Positions 46,732 to 60,676 of a stretch of DNA of 64,000 nt are shown in pieces; within the stretch, counting starts at the first letter, position 1; each line of letters begins with the position of its first letter. The notes beneath the pieces were generated by a model. The model saw nothing but the letters and a program-made list of their open reading frames with translations, did not search any database and was not told the DNA's origin. This DNA is from Lobosporangium transversale (lineage: Eukaryota). The stretch lies in contig NW_019029020.1 in assembly GCF_002105155.1 (NCBI RefSeq), positions 248,001 through 312,000 of the forward strand. The letters are read 5' to 3'. Position numbers and translations under genes: made by a program.

Positions 46732-49700
46732 GATTATATGTATTGTAGTGAGAGTAAAATGGAGAAGGTGTAGGAAAGATGAAGAAAACACAGGTTAAAA
46801 GGGCTGAGACCGTTGGATGAAGTGGAGGGGGACGTGATGAGTGTATCGTTTCAAAGTAGGGGGAGAAGCAGGTGTATTTATATTTGAGAAAGTGGTAGAA
46901 AGGTCGTTTGCTGGCTGGTATATGAAAGTGAGTGGACAGAGATAAAAAAGAAACTAAATATATTATACCTATTCCAGGGGGAGCTATTGGGAGCCAGGAA
47001 AGTATAACTTGAATAAAAGTATCTATATCTCACACTCTGCTCAGAAAAAAAAAAAGAGCTGGTAAAGCCAGTTAATAAATATAGAGACGACTGATTAAAA
47101 AAAGAAAAGAAGTTATATATGTATATAGTATTATATATATATATATATGCGGTATATACCATACTTGCAGCATAGTTTAACGCGCATTTGCTTTTGCTTG
47201 CATTTCAGGCAGGTGGAATGGACATGGACTGATTGGGTTATAAAATGATCGTACTATTTCTCCGTCTATTTTAGGGTTCCTCTTTAGCTCTCACTTGGCT
47301 TGCATACCGGGAAAGGATTTTTGCTCAAGCATAACCTGTGCTCATAGGATGCACTTATCTTTGTTTTACTGTTGATTACCAGGAATCTAGATTACTCTTT
47401 ATCACAAACACTTTAATCTTGCAAGTGTCCGTTGGAGTTTTATTTCAGGTACAAATGCTATTCATTAATTTGTTTAGAGAATTTGATGTTTGGGCCACTT
47501 GTTTCTTAATTCGGGGATTTTTTTTTTTTTTAAGCTGTATTATTGTCTTACGAAACCCGTGCTATACACAATTCTTTTTACACTCTAATTGGAGTATGTC
47601 ATACACATGTCGCACCTTGATGTTACAATAATGGAGATCATTTGGAAATTGGTTTAATTGGATGTTTGCACAAAACTTGGATGTACCATTATGTTGCTGA
47701 TAAAATGTTTTTCGTCATCATAGTATTACATACAAATACTGAAATATCTCTTTTAATAAGCAATGGCTACGGTTAGACTATCCGAGTACGAACAGAAGAC
47801 TTTATATTGGCTAGAAAAGTAGGTGATATAAATGGTCGGAACAGAGGCTGTGATGCGAATGTAGAGATGAATGGGCGTAAAATTCGAGATGAATGATCAA
47901 TAGCATCGGTTGTGCAACAACACACTAAATAAAAGACACATGGAGATAAAGAAAGTGCAAGGTATTTGTATGGATGTGAGATAGTGTATGTTATCGAACA
48001 ATAGCAGCTGAATACTATAAAAAGATTCATCTGTGCGAAATCCCTTCACGCGATTATTTCCTGAAAGGATGCAGAAGGTCAATTATGTAAATAGCGCAAC
48101 AGAAACGTTTATACGGGATGTTGCATTTTAGTGTTTTATACGACGGACCAACAGCCATGTGCGCTCATGTTGTTGTCTGTCTCTCATCTCCATCTTTCTC
48201 CACACAGGAGCTCATTCTATCCCAATCCTCCATTTTTTTTTGTGTTACTTCACCAATTCATGGCAGCAAGCTGGTCTTTGGACAATATGGACGAGAAAGG
48301 CGATAAACACTATATATTCCATAAACATCATCCCACTCTCATGTGTACTACAAAGTGTTTGCACGTACGATTGGATCGGTCATACTACGCCTTGTTTACA
48401 TACTCGCCACGTAATAAAGGACAGCGGTACCATTCGAACATTCGTGTAAATTGGCCTTGGGCGTAGATGTAAGTTTTACAGAAAATATACATGGCTTATT
48501 CATTGTTTTTTTTATTTATTTTTCTGAAAAATACAAAGAGACGCCGGTGGGTACTAATATTGATCCAAAAGCCCAAATGGTCAAGTGACTAAAGATCAAG
48601 ATGGGTGTAGGACCATTTGAGACGTGTATTTACAGGCAAATTAGCTGCTGTAACAGTAGGAAGCGCCGTGGTCAAGTTTACCCAGAATGACGAAAATGCA
48701 AGCGGCGCCAGAGGCTCAAGGCTCAGGGTCGAGACTTGTGCTTATTTCATTTATGCCATTAATTGCTCATTGTAGAGTTATAGGGTATCCGCGCCCTTGC
48801 CTAGAATCTGTTAAGGTTTATGCAGCGGCAAATATCTTTTCTTTAGTTGCTGCGTTCCATCTTTGACTAATATATTCTTTTTTTTCATTTTTTTCATGTG
48901 TGTTAAATGTTTACCTGCTTTTTTTTCGAGGGTATTGATTTTGGCTCCCTCTTTTTTTCGATTCTGTATTGGATATCCCCTGTTATTGTGATCACCGCTC
49001 TCCTCCAATACGATCATCATTTTTTACTGTTGGTCCAATAGCCTTTCTCTCACTTCCACAGGCATCGTTTGTTTATATGAACACGGCTCTCTTTCTGCAT
49101 GTGCTTTCATTTTTTTTATTTTTTTTATTTTTTCTCACTCTTGCTCTTCGATAAACTGAGATGTAAAAAAAAAAAGAAAAAGAAAAAAAAAAAAAAAAGC
49201 TGCTGTTCTATTTGTTGATGTTTTTGAATGCTAGACGTGTTTGGTCTGTTTCTGGTGGTTTACAGGCTTTTTTTTTTCTTTGTTTGTGTTCTTGATGGTT
49301 TGCATGTTTGCTTGGGTGTCTGTGTCTGTGTGTCTGTGAGTTTGACCATCTGACCAGCTTTTTAATTTTCATGATGAAAATGATAATTTGAAGAGAGATA
49401 CAATAAAAATGTTTTATTTATATTTTATGATACATAATATATATAATATTGGACAATACAATTCTTATTCAAAGCCACAATTGATCAAAGCCATCTTTGG
49501 AAGTTATTCTAAAATGTAACGAATGAATTGTGTCAGTGACCCCAAATGAACCGGTTTTATTTCATATCGATTTTTTCTAAACCTCTGTTCCTTTTTTTTT
49601 TTTATTTCTTCACCCCCCCACAAATCCAATCTGTGTTTGAAAAAAAAAAAAGTGCGGCTATTGCATATTAACACAAACACAATTACACAAACTCACACAA

Positions 49701-50019
49701 CATGCGCTTACCTTCACTCTCCTTTCCCATCTCATCCTCATATTTCTCACCCACGTTTTTTTTTTTCCGTTCCACGGTTCTCACTTCTTTTTTATTCTTT
49801 TCTCTTTCTCTTTTTATCTTTTTCATCTCATCTTCGCTGGGACATTCGTACTTTTTTCATTGTCCTTGTCTCATTCCATTGGTTTCATCCATCATTCACA
49901 CACATTCTTCACATTCTTAGTTGCATTGTCTTATTTTCCTTCTCCATAACTACGCCTTCCCTTCTCATACTCCAATATCCAACAACAGTATTAAATACAT
50001 ATTCTTCTTCGACATCACA

Positions 50020-52983
50020 ATGGGGAATGTATCAAGCGCTGACCATGACAAAGTCAATGAACTACTTACTAGAAGAGCAAGGAAGAAGATCGATCGGAAT
50101 AAAAGGTCGCAACATCATCAGCAGCAACAACAGCAACAACAACAACAACAACAGCAACACCAACCGTATCGAAATTCAGGGGGAGCTGCCAACGGTGCCC
50201 ATAGCCCCAGCAATATGAATGGTATCCAAGGTACTTTCATGCAACGTCAGAAATCTGGTTCTCGGTCTCAGCATTTGCCCCATCCGCTCGACCAGGCAGA
50301 GTTTTATACCTTGGCCTCCAGCACCTCACTTACTGCCACAAACCGTGCTGCAGACCAACCACCCCACAGCCCTGCATCGCCTTCTTTCTCCATCCCTTCC
50401 TCGGCCACAACTCCCACGTCTGCTAGTTACCAAGGTGACCTGCCATATCCCACCACTCGATATGATGGTGAAACAATCTCCGCCACCGCCTCACCAACTT
50501 CACAACGGCATCCATCTTATTCCAATCCGTCCCTGAATCAACATCACTCTACGCCGATCATCATCTCTCCACAGCGCCATAATTATACGAGTACTAGCAA
50601 TGATGATAACCAACCCGTCAAAAGTTCTGCTTCCACAAATATGCCCTCTAGACGTGGCTCGGAACACCATCAACATCATCAGCAGCAACAGCAGCAGCCC
50701 ACATCTGACTTGCACCTACTTGGCACCTCACCCGAGGCAAAGGATTGGCTTAAGCAAAAGCCGACCCGATCTTCGGCTCATATGATCCATCAGTACAACT
50801 TTCAGAGCCACCCATATTACCAGCAACCTGGGTCTATTGCCGTCAAAATTGTTAACAACACCTGTCGCAACATGAGTGACTATCCTAACGTACCATCAAT
50901 ACCTAGTCCGGGTACGCGACTATTGGGTAATGGTGTATGCCAAACCCCAACAACAACGTTACTGAATGGCAGTAGTTATCAGAGGAGCAAGAGTATCTCA
51001 GCTGTATCGAATAACGAAAACAGTACCTTAGCAGTTAACGGTTCCCGAACATATGTATCGGCGCCCATCCCTAGCTCGCGGTCAAGGGGAATGAGCCAAC
51101 CTGAGACAATGTCCCCAAGTCAACTTGGGCCCCAGAATGATTCATCGAACGGTCTCTTGCACGCTCAGGGTGTATCATCTCACAAGACTCTTCAGGAACC
51201 ACGCGTGGGTAAACTTGTCATGTCTCGATCCAAATTGGCTTCACCCCTAGCTACATCGGTCTCTCCAGTGACTACTAGCAATTTAATGATACCATCGCCT
51301 CTGGGCTCACCTCTAGAGACATCTTCACCCAACGGTTATTTAACCTCTGAGACAGACAGCTATGCCTCATCAACCCCTTTGGTATCACGGCAGCGTCGAC
51401 TAAGCTCAACTCTATCCTCTCTCCGATCCTTAATCGGCAATCATCCACAAGGACTTTCATTGATCGATTCATTGGAAGAGGAAGAAGATGACGACTTGGA
51501 ATCACTTTCTGAAACTGAGACGGGAGATTCTGAGACGGATCTCGTGCAACGAACACAGTCCTTGACTACTGTCGACACCCCCGTCATCGCCGAGCCTACA
51601 TCCGATAGCTCAGTAACTCCACCAAGTCAAGAGAAGCGGAATGTCCGCAAGAGACCTCCTCCTCGACTTGAATGGATGGCAGACAGAAGACGATTCAGTG
51701 TCTCTAGTCTTTCAACTATCAATCGAGATATTCAGGACAGGTACATATCATACAGCATTTGATTTTTTTAAACTTTTTTTTTTTTTTTTTTTTTTTTCTT
51801 CTTTGGGGCGTATGGCATGATAATTGGGATTGATGACTAAAGTTTTATTGAATGTTGTACACCTTCTTGGTTTTTATTTTATTTTATTTTATATACTTTA
51901 TTTCCTTCAGCCAAAAAGGGCAGCATGCATTATGGAAGTATATTGGTGGCGGTAATTCACATGCGCCTCTTCGATTTGATATCGATCGCATTCTGGATTC
52001 TGGCTGTGGCCTGGGAGAATGGACTATGGTAAGCTGGGTCTCAATGTTGGTAATGGGGCGAGGATTTCTTTTGCCTACCATTTTTTTTTTTTTTTTTTTT
52101 TTTTTGAACAGCAAAGAAAAGGGCTCACATCCCACAAATATTATATATATACCATTTATCCCACACCGACACGTGGCTACGATGTGTGTTTACTCCACAC
52201 TAGTTCGCTGCAGAAAGGACGGGGGAGACATGAGACAAGGAAAGATTATCAATTTCATGTGTAACGGTCATGGTCTGACTTGATGCTTTTGTGCCTTTGT
52301 TAATTTTTTCACAGGAAATGGCCAAGGAGTTTCCTAACGCAACCGTCTATGGAATCGATATCAACCCAGAGTTGTTTCCTAGTGCACAGCAACCTGTTCC
52401 AAGTAACTGTCTTTTCACCCAATCGAATCTCCTTACCCGCCTCTCGTTTCCAAACAAATACTTTGACTTTGTTTACCAACGTTTCCTATACCTTGGACTG
52501 ACAGTTGACGACTGGCCAGTAGCGCTTAAGGAACTAAAGCGGGTAATGAAGCCCGGGGGCTATATCGAGCTTTTTGAACCCTGTATGAGAGTCCATCGAG
52601 CAGGAGCCCGGACGCGAGAAGTGATGCGGTGGTGCTCACGTTTGTTACAGGAGGAGCGCGGATTAGACTTTGACTTTGCAGGAGAAAAGATGAAGCGACT
52701 TTGTGAGTCAGAGGAGATTGGTTTCCAGAATGTGCGACTGGAACGCCTCTCGATCCCAGTGGGTGGCTGGGGAGGACGTGTTGGTCAAGCAATGGCAGAG
52801 AATATGGTACTGATTTTTCAAAACTTGCAATCAGCTTTAATGCCTGACGATACGACGCAAACACCGAACGGACCCGCACAAAAGGCATTTGACAATATGG
52901 TCCAGAGTTGGGTCCGAGAATGCGAAGAAAATAAGTCGTACATTGATTATTATATCCTTGTTGGTCAACGACCCATGGAATAA
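50020..52983 (+). CDS. Class I SAM-dependent methyltransferase (LaeA-like fold) with a long disordered N-terminus; exons 50020-51740, 51911-52028, 52315-52983
   Basis: RILDSGCGLGEW, GIDI, FDFVYQR, KPGGYIELFE. Introns are phase-consistent. Start MGNVSS. Confidence 0.88.
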
Positions 52984-54832
52984 TGTTTTGTAAGCAGTGG
53001 CTTGCTTGAGAGAGTAATGTAGATTTTTTTTTTTTTTTTTTTTTTTTTACACTTGTAAATATATTATTAAAACGCGAGAAACTTCTCGCAGTGCATTTGC
53101 GCGCATGTTCTGTCTCCAATATTTTAAACGACACATAATTATTTGATGAGCATTGACCATGTTCGATCATGAATGTTTTATTCTTTTATTCATCTCTTCC
53201 TTGTATTTTATCAATTAAAAAAAAAAAAAAAAAAAAAAATACAGACTGCCCAGTTAGTGCTCAATAGAAATTGTAGTAAGTAACAAGGTTACACCACAAG
53301 GTCCTCGATAAAAAACAACAACCAAATGTGCATAATCATTGATTCGCATCAAGCCTTGTTACACATTATATTCTCTGTTTATGCTTTTTTTCTTCCAGCA
53401 CTTCCTCCTTTGAAGGAAAATTCAAATCAACAAGATCATAAAAAAAAATAAAAAGAAAAAGAAAAGAAAAGTTTTCTAAAACTTGTTTTGTGTATGGATG
53501 AGATATCTTCGATATCGATAAAATCATCTTGCAAAAAAAAAAAAAAAAAAAAAAGATACTTAATGAGAAAAAACAGTTTTTTATTTTATTTTATTTTTTT
53601 TATTGCTTCTTTGTTGTTGTTTTTGTTGATGGGAGTTTTGAAGAGTATGATGACTATGCTCTCATATTTGCCATCTGACCCTGCTTCTAGACTATTTTCA
53701 AGTGTTAAAGGAAAATAGCAACAACAACAACCATCGTTATTCCTCTGGGTGAGCAAACCGATGGGAGCAAAAGAAGAAAAGAGACAAAGAGAATGATGAC
53801 AAAAAAAAAAAAAAAAAGAGAGAGAGAGAAAAGAAAATATAGATCGGTCACAAGATAAAAAGGAAAGAGAGCGCTTCAAAGACTTTGAAGAGTTACAGGG
53901 AAAAGAAGCGCCCCAACTTTCTTTCTTTTAAGAAGAGAAGTGTTGCTTTGAAATGACAATGACGAAATAAGGTGGTGAGAATTGTTTGCAACAACAACAA
54001 CAATAAAAAAAAGATCTTATCAGTGAAAAGTTGGGTACACAAAAGTGGCGCCAGTATTTGAGCGTTTCCTTTATTTTATTTTATACTATTTTGTATTTTA
54101 ATTTATTTTGTTCCCCATATTGTCATCCCTATTTACGTTGTGCAAGAAAACAGTCGATCTAGACAGAGACTTGGCAGAGCGAAGCAAGACGATCAAAAAC
54201 ATATTCAGCCCAAGCTATGTCTCAATAGAATAGCATGCATCCTTCCCAAAAGTTGCTGTATACATAAAAGATGAGTATATTTATTTAACAGTTGTGGCAA
54301 AAAAGAGAAGAGAAAAAAGAGGGCAGTAAAAATGTATAGAGATGGTCAAGCATGCACTAAGTCAGATAATACAAAGAATTGAATGACCGATGTTGATAAT
54401 TGAAATAGTGAGTGGGCTCTGCGTCTGAGATTTGTGCGATGTTTGATAAGATTTGTTATCTGCTGCCAGTCAGAAGCCGCATCGCCCTTTTTTTCATTTT
54501 TTTTTTTTTTTTTTTTTTTTGGTCTCATGCTCTCCCAGTTCACACACACACAAAAAAAAAAACGTTATCTCTCTCTTTTTTCTTCCTCTTTTCTTCTTTT
54601 CCTCCACATTCTACTTTCTTCTTCTCTTCCCTTCCTCACCTCCTCCCTCAATAACTTCCCTCTTTCGAGCCATTGCTCCTCTTCTAGATTATATCCTCGC
54701 TCTCTATCTAGCTTCTCCTTCTTTGTCATCCTTGGTTATCGTCCAACCTCACTCTTCCCCATCCTCACGTACATATAACTTGTATCTTCCCTCCATCCAC
54801 TCACCCATTCAGATATTTCTATCCTTCCAGAC

Positions 54833-55605
54833 ATGATGCAATACCCCGTTGCTTTACAGACATCTCATTTGTCCTCAGCTCCTGCCTCACCAGAGCCACA
54901 CACACCCATTCCCGATAATGAGCCTAAAGTGATCAAGATTACCAACTGCAAGATCCTCAGGGACCACAAGATTATTGAGAACGATGCCGTCTGGATTCAG
55001 GGCGGAAAGATCATCGACCCCCACAAGTTCTTTTGGTACCAGAAGCGTCTACCTGACCAAGTCCTGGATGCTAAGGGTTTGCTTGTTGTCCCTGGTTTCA
55101 TCGAAGCACAGATTAACGGTAAGAGACAAAGAGAATGAAAGAAAAAAAATAGAGCGAAAAAGAGGGAGGGTAATCGAGACAAGTGGATTCGACTTCTGTT
55201 TCTTTTCTTTGTATTTGTTATTCCCCATCTCTTCAACATTCGAGAGCAAATGATGCATGCTTTGAATCATTTCGTTTTTTTTTTTTTTTTTTTTTTTTTG
55301 TTTATGGAAAAAAGAGTACATCCGTTTGGAAAAGTATTTAATGTTACACACTTTGCACACTTTTATGATTCATTTAAGATCCTATGATCCTTTGATCCTA
55401 TGATAAACAATAAGCCCACCTTTTATCGGCCCCTTCAGGACTTATAACGATAGTGTCAGCAACAACAATACAGCTGCTTCGATGCTGGTTTTTATACAGT
55501 ATGAAGGGAGTCTATGGGTATGAGAGGTTAGCAACAAGGGCTGATCAGATTCATTGTTTTATTGTCTTGATTTTGATTTGTTGTGATTCCTTGAATGATG
55601 TCAGT

Positions 55606-55640
<35 letters not shown>

Positions 55641-57186
55641 GTGCGCCCATCTGTTGTCTCTGACTTCAAAATAATTCCAAATGAAAAGCACGGCGGAAGA
55701 ACGAGAATGGAAAAGTTCCTCTTCATATTTCTTTATCTTGTTTATCCTGTTAACATCCATGAGGATGAATCATACGGCGGGAAGGGTGGAAGTTGGGCCT
55801 GGTACTTTCAATTAGCCTTTTGTGACCCATGGACAGAAAAGATTTTTGACTGACCTTTTTTTTTTTTATGATTTCATAGGTGCCTTCGGTGTTGACTTTT
55901 CTGTTCCTTCTGACTATGATACCTATGAGAAGGATCTGTTGAAGGTCAATCGAGGCCTTCTCAAGTATGGAACGACCTCTTACTGCCCTACCATTGTCTC
56001 GTCTTCCGCATCAGTATATCACAAGGTAATAAAAAACGTTGTGATACAGTACTAGACATGTGGACACAGAGACAAAAAGGGGATCTATTAAATAGTATAC
56101 TAACCTCCTTCCCCAAAAAAAAAAAAAAAAAAAAAAAAAACTTGAATTGTTTAGGTTTTGTCTCACTTGAAGCCAAGAGCTGGGTCCGCCAAGACCGGTG
56201 CCACTATGCTTGGTGCTCATGTTGAGGGACCTTTCATCAATGAGGCCCGTATTGGTGCCCATGAACTGAAGGTTTTGCAAGCTTCTGCAAAGAACGGTTA
56301 TAAAGACTTCAAGGACGTATACGGCCTTGAAGGCGAAACCCCTGAGGAACAATATAAACTTACTCAGGAGAATCAGAGCTCGGTTAAGATCATCACTTGT
56401 GCTCCAGAGTTGGATGGTGTCATGGATACCATTCCTGACCTTGTCCGCGCTGGTATCACTGTCTCTGTTGGTAATTTTTTATCCCGGTGTTGTTCAATAT
56501 CTTGTAAGGTACTCTTTTTATTTCTTTCAACTGACACCACCTTTTTAAATTTCCCAACATTTAAAAAAAAAATAGGACATTCAATGGCCAACATTTCTCA
56601 AGCAGAGGAAGCTGTTGAAAAAGGAGCAACGTTCATCACCCACTTGTTCAATGCCATGCCACAGTTCCATCACCGTGATCCCGGTGTTATTGGTTTGTTG
56701 GGCTCACGTTTTGATCTTCCACGCCCTTATTATGGATTGATCTGTGATGGTATCCACGTCCACCCCAACTCTGCCAAGATTGCATATGACTCGCATCCAG
56801 AGGGTGTGATCCTAGTTACGGACGCCATGTCCGCTATGGGCCTTGCTCCTGGTAACTACCAACTTGGTAACATGAATGTCACCAAGGAGGAGGATCGTGT
56901 TTATATCGAAGGTACAGATACACTTGCAGGAAGTGTCATCACTTTGGACGCCTGTATCCGCAACTTTATCCAGTTCACATCCTGTACTCTGATCGAGGCT
57001 CTCGAAGCCGTCACATTGCATCCAGCAGTACTCTTGGGAATCCAAGAGACCAAGGGTGTCATCAAGCCTGGTGCTGATGCCGATTTGGTCTTCTTGAGCG
57101 ATGACTTGTATGTAAAACGTGTCTTTGTCGCTGGCGAAGAGGTCGACCTGGATGCAATTGACGTTCAGATCACTGAGAAATTTTAA
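54833..57186 (+). CDS. nagA: N-acetylglucosamine-6-phosphate deacetylase; exons 54833-55118, 55880-56025, 56155-56470, 56576-57186
   Basis: PGFIEAQING, GAHVEGPF, GHS, THLFNAM, DGIH, VTDA, LAGS. Confidence 0.95.
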
Positions 57187-57616
57187 TAAAGCAAAAGAAA
57201 AAAAAAAATGGAAAGAAAAAAATGAAAGTTTTGTGTGTTGCGAACCTACAAAGAATTGCTCATATACAAGGATTCACTCTTAGTCATTAACAGCACCAAC
57301 ATGTCTGGATAGCTAATCTTGAGCCAGTCCATGGTCATACTGGACTACTCTGGCTCCGATATTTTGGAGTTATTCGCGAAGGAAACGCACTACAAAATGC
57401 TGAATAGATTTCGAAAAAGATGGACAGCCGTCTGACTGTTGCTCATAGAAAATTAGACAAGATGTGACTGAAATGATTACAGTAGAGCGATCACAGGAAG
57501 GTCCTGAGGGGATTGCCAACACACTACATTGGATATCTGGACAATTTACATATTCTGATATTTGTTTCTTGAACCATAAAATGGGCAAATTTGCCCATTT
57601 AGCTTACATTCATATA

Positions 57617-57872
57617 CAGTGGAATCTCGATAATTGTACACTTTTGTACAATTTTCGAATTTGCTATATTTCTCGGTTATTGATTGGCTAAGAAGCCCAC
57701 AATTCATGAAAAACTATTCTAAAAATCCTCTGCTGATTCCCCTACTCCAGTTGAGTGTGGGTTTTTTAGAATACTTTTTTTTAAAAGAGTAAGGCTCTTA
57801 GCCAACCAATGGCCTAGAAATATATCAAATTTGAAATTTGTACAAAAGTGTACAATTATCGAGATTCCACTG
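57617..57872. mobile_element. 256-bp Tc1/pogo-type MITE, TA TSD
   Basis: TA-CAGTGGAATCTCGATAATTGTACACTTTTGTACAA with a perfect inverse at the right end; imperfect pairing continues inward. Confidence 0.92.
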
Positions 57873-59367
57873 TAAATACTAATGCAAGGAAGCATTTTTT
57901 TTAAAAAAAAAATGGAATAAATAAAGGCAAAGTCAGGTGCTTCATTATTCACTTTTTCTGCTCTCTATTTTTATGTCTTTCCTGACTCGTTATGTATTGT
58001 GCCTCTATACTATCGTAAATACGCAATGTACTTTTAATCGTGATATGACCGGCGTAGAAAACATTGGTAGAGTGTGCCTTGCGCATGTGTCCTCTCTCAA
58101 ATGCAACCCGAGGAATTCAAATCCATCACAGCGGCAACACCGACTGCGGGGGGTTTCCTTAGTAGCACCTACGAAGCGCTCGCGACAACAATGGTTGGAG
58201 GGGAGATAGATCGACTCTCCTCCTCACATATTTGTAAATGAACCAATCATACTTTTCGTATTCTCGAGATATCGCAGCTATCCGTTCTTTCTGTCCATAG
58301 TTATTTAAACTGATTTCGACCTGTTATTAGATCAAGAGATACCCTTCTAGTGCATCATACTGAAAGTAGATCACCTTGAGCGATGGTTTTTAGCGAAGGC
58401 TCATTCAGTAACTGCGTCTCATATATTTATTTTTGGGCACTCAGAAGCCTTAGAAGTGTCAAATCCATACAAACATGATATAGCTATGCCGCTTAGTGAT
58501 TTAAGGATTTAAGGAGCCTGCCATATCTGATAATACACTGAAACAGAAAGATGGCCAGAAAAAAAAAGATAGTGGTTACTCTGCTTCAAGCTGCCTCCTC
58601 GTGTCCGATCAAGATTTGGTTAGATACGAATGTTTGAGGCCTTGATCGGTGGGTTGTCAGTGTCACTATACGAAGTACAGTGATCTGTTAAAGGCAAAAT
58701 TGGGTTGAATGAAGTTGGACATTTCCATTTCAACTACAAGTGTCAAGAGTCAAAATCTTACAAAAGTTCTTTTAAGAATGCCGAGAATGCTGAAATTTAC
58801 AGCAAAAGCCAATGCTTCGATCAACAAGATCAAGGAACTTTTTGCGGTGAAACAGCCCAAAGGTCTCCCCTCTCACGTCCTATACGATCCTTCAAAAGAA
58901 AAGATACAACGCATGGTCAAAGCCTTGGAGTTCTTCCAAAATGATCATATAATATCTTTCAACAGCTCGAACAAGAGAAAAGGCGGAGAGTAAGGACAAG
59001 GAGCCGACCACGTTGAGGCGCGTCATGGAATAAGGAAACGCAGAAAGGTACTGGGAAGAGCACAAGGGCTATGATCTTTGGGATCGATTTCTACCTTTCA
59101 TCGTGTCTTAGAAACTTTTTATTCTAACACTTATATACATATTCAACTTTATTTTCTTCATATTTTTTATTTTTTATTTTTCAATAGAAGCGACATCATC
59201 CTACGGAGATAAAAGAAAAAAAAAACAAAATGCATATAGTATTCGTCATGTAGGGAAGATGGGTATAGAGGATTAATGAAAATAAACAGCGATAATGTCG
59301 AGCAATGATGTTTTTCGTTTGTGTGTTTGTGTCATCCATAATACAGGTGTGGTTTAGTTCGTTGGAT

Positions 59368-60643
59368 TTAGGCATAGAGGGCCTTAATCTGACTGACATA
59401 TGCCTGGTTAATCTCCTTGCGCTTCAACTTTTGAGCAGCAGTCAACAAACCACTTTGAGCAGTCCATTCCTCGTGTTCCAAGTACACACCCTGCAATAAC
59501 TCAGCAGGCTTAAGGCCAGCACGCTTGGCGGTGGCGAGGCAGGCATCGAGAACAGCCTTAACGATGACTTTGTCTTGGCAGAGAGCGGCAAAATCCTTAG
59601 TCTGAATACCCTTCGATTTGGCTAATTCTAGAATGCGGGGTTCACTAGCAACAACAATGGCAACAGGCTTTGACTGCATAGAGTCAGCATAGACGCAAAT
59701 GTTATTGCAGTAGGCTGTGCTCTTGTAGACAGATTCGAGCTTCTCAAGAGCAATGTACTCTCCGTGCGACAGTTTGACCAAATTCTTCTTACGATCAATG
59801 ATCGAAATGGTGCCATCGGGGTGCCACTCTGCAATATCACCTGTCTTGAGCCAGCGGTCAGCAGTCAATGTTGCGGAAGTTTCCTCTGGGTTCTTGAAGT
59901 ATCCAGCAGTGATGGAAGGTCCACGAATCCAAACCTCACCACGGGCATTAGGCTTGTCCGTCGAGAAATATCCAGCATCGGGCACATCCACAAGTTTAAC
60001 TTCTGTGCAGGGTACAGGGGAACCAACACGGCCGTAGTTGAAAACATCGGGGGTCAAGATAGCGCACATTCCACAAGACTCCGTCATGCCGTATCCTTGA
60101 AGAATAGGCACCAGGGCAGCGGTCAAGAAGCGCTGAGTTTCCTGAGAGATGGGAGCACCTCCAGAAAGAGCAAAGCGAAGACGTCCTCCGGTCTGTTGCT
60201 TGACCTTGTTGAAGACAACAGCATCAAAGATTCCAGTCAATGCATTCAATTTGCGATCCTGGCACCAAGCCTTGGCATTCAAGGCAGCATGGAAGACCTT
60301 CTGGACAAGGGGCGATCCCTGGTTAACCTGGGCCAAGATTCCCTTACGGATGGTTTCCCAAACAGCAGGGACACCAGTCATAAGGGTGGGACGAAGCTCC
60401 TTAATATCACCTTGGCACTCGCGGACTGAGGCATCAGTCAGAGTACGTACAGTACCGTATCCAAGAGTGACACCCCAGAACAAGCAAACATTCTCGACCA
60501 AAAACTCGAGAACGTGAGCAAGAGGCAGATATGCGAGCAGGACATCTCCTTCATGAATATATTTAGTCAGCATCTTGTTGACTCCACCAACTATTAAACA
60601 TTGATAAAAATAGTAAGTATATGAAATGTGAAGCTAAAAGCAT

Positions 60644-60676
<33 letters not shown>

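Noticed and set aside
58705..58993. Short ORFs between nagA and the acyl-CoA synthetase
   Set aside because: No recognisable motif or supported gene structure; possibly a decayed fragment.
59753..60517. Antisense ORFs over the acyl-CoA synthetase, also over pol and transposase genes
   Set aside because: Shadow frames of real genes with no independent motifs.
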